The notes below the pieces were generated by a model. It did no database searches. It was not told where the DNA came from and worked only from the letters and a program-made list of their open reading frames with translations. This document shows positions 63,421 to 64,000 of a stretch of DNA of 64,000 bases, in pieces. Made by a program: the position numbers and the translations under genes. How positions within the stretch are numbered: position 1 is the first letter of the stretch; each line of letters begins with the position of its first letter. Source of the DNA: Antedon mediterranea (lineage: Eukaryota > Animalia > Echinodermata); NCBI RefSeq assembly GCF_964355755.1, contig NC_092679.1, forward strand, positions 11,391,432 to 11,455,431. The letters are read 5' to 3'.

Positions 63421-64000
63421 CCTAATGTTCAATTTTTTTACAAAACTATAACCACAAGATAATAATACAAGAGCTAGAGCAAGAACAACTAATAAAAGAA
63501 TATTTCTTTATTTTAGAGCGATAAACAAATTGTAACATAGAATAATACCGTAACACCAATATCCAACCAAACATAATACACGATACGATAGTATCAAACT
63601 TGTCACGAACATGTATTCTATAAAACATACTATGAAATCTATAACAATTATACTAATGGACAAAACTTCCTACTATAGGCCTACTACTATTTACATTCGT
63701 GGTTTAATCTGATGCTTATTGTTTAATTTGTATATCTATTTTTAGCGGATAATTATAAAGATATACGGAGAATAATATTACCTATTGAATGCATTACAAT
63801 TTAACTGATTTACTATCAAACGTATATTCGACAATTTTTATGTATAATATAATTATAAGTAAATAAGTCAACGTACAAGGTATAACGGTATTGTTAATGA
63901 GGAACAAACTGGCTTCATGAATTACCTAACAAAATATTTAAGGAGGAGTTGCAATGCGATTAAATAATGTTATCTACTAATAGTAGGCTTACACTTGATT

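Overview
AT-rich, intron-containing animal (metazoan) genomic DNA. The ST8Sia-type gene, Deu/Nin-type SINEs and TAGGCCTA-rich tracts suggest a marine invertebrate deuterostome such as an echinoderm, but that is inference. Host genes, all spliced and on the + strand: a complete 7-exon alpha-2,8-sialyltransferase-like gene (32212-36387), three 3' exons of an SLC17/sialin-like transporter (40244-41839), and a complete 8-coding-exon mitochondrial 2-oxodicarboxylate carrier SLC25A21 (50534-61133). Most of the remainder is transposon-derived: nested non-autonomous DNA elements (1.4-13.2 kb, 28-31 kb, 43-50 kb), a LINE/LTR graveyard (RTE, Tx1/L1, CR1/L2, Gypsy; 14-28 kb and 36.7-40 kb) and a near-intact CR1/L2-group RT in an intron. 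The most unusual object is a 368-bp unit in about 2.2 apparently identical tandem copies (5385-6200). It carries a full cloverleaf tRNA with an ATC anticodon, and its circularised monomer can be hand-folded into a nested, G:U-rich rod. This looks like a viroid-sized, retrozyme-like element that uses a tRNA rather than a hammerhead. All alignments and folds were done by eye, and no database searches were run.
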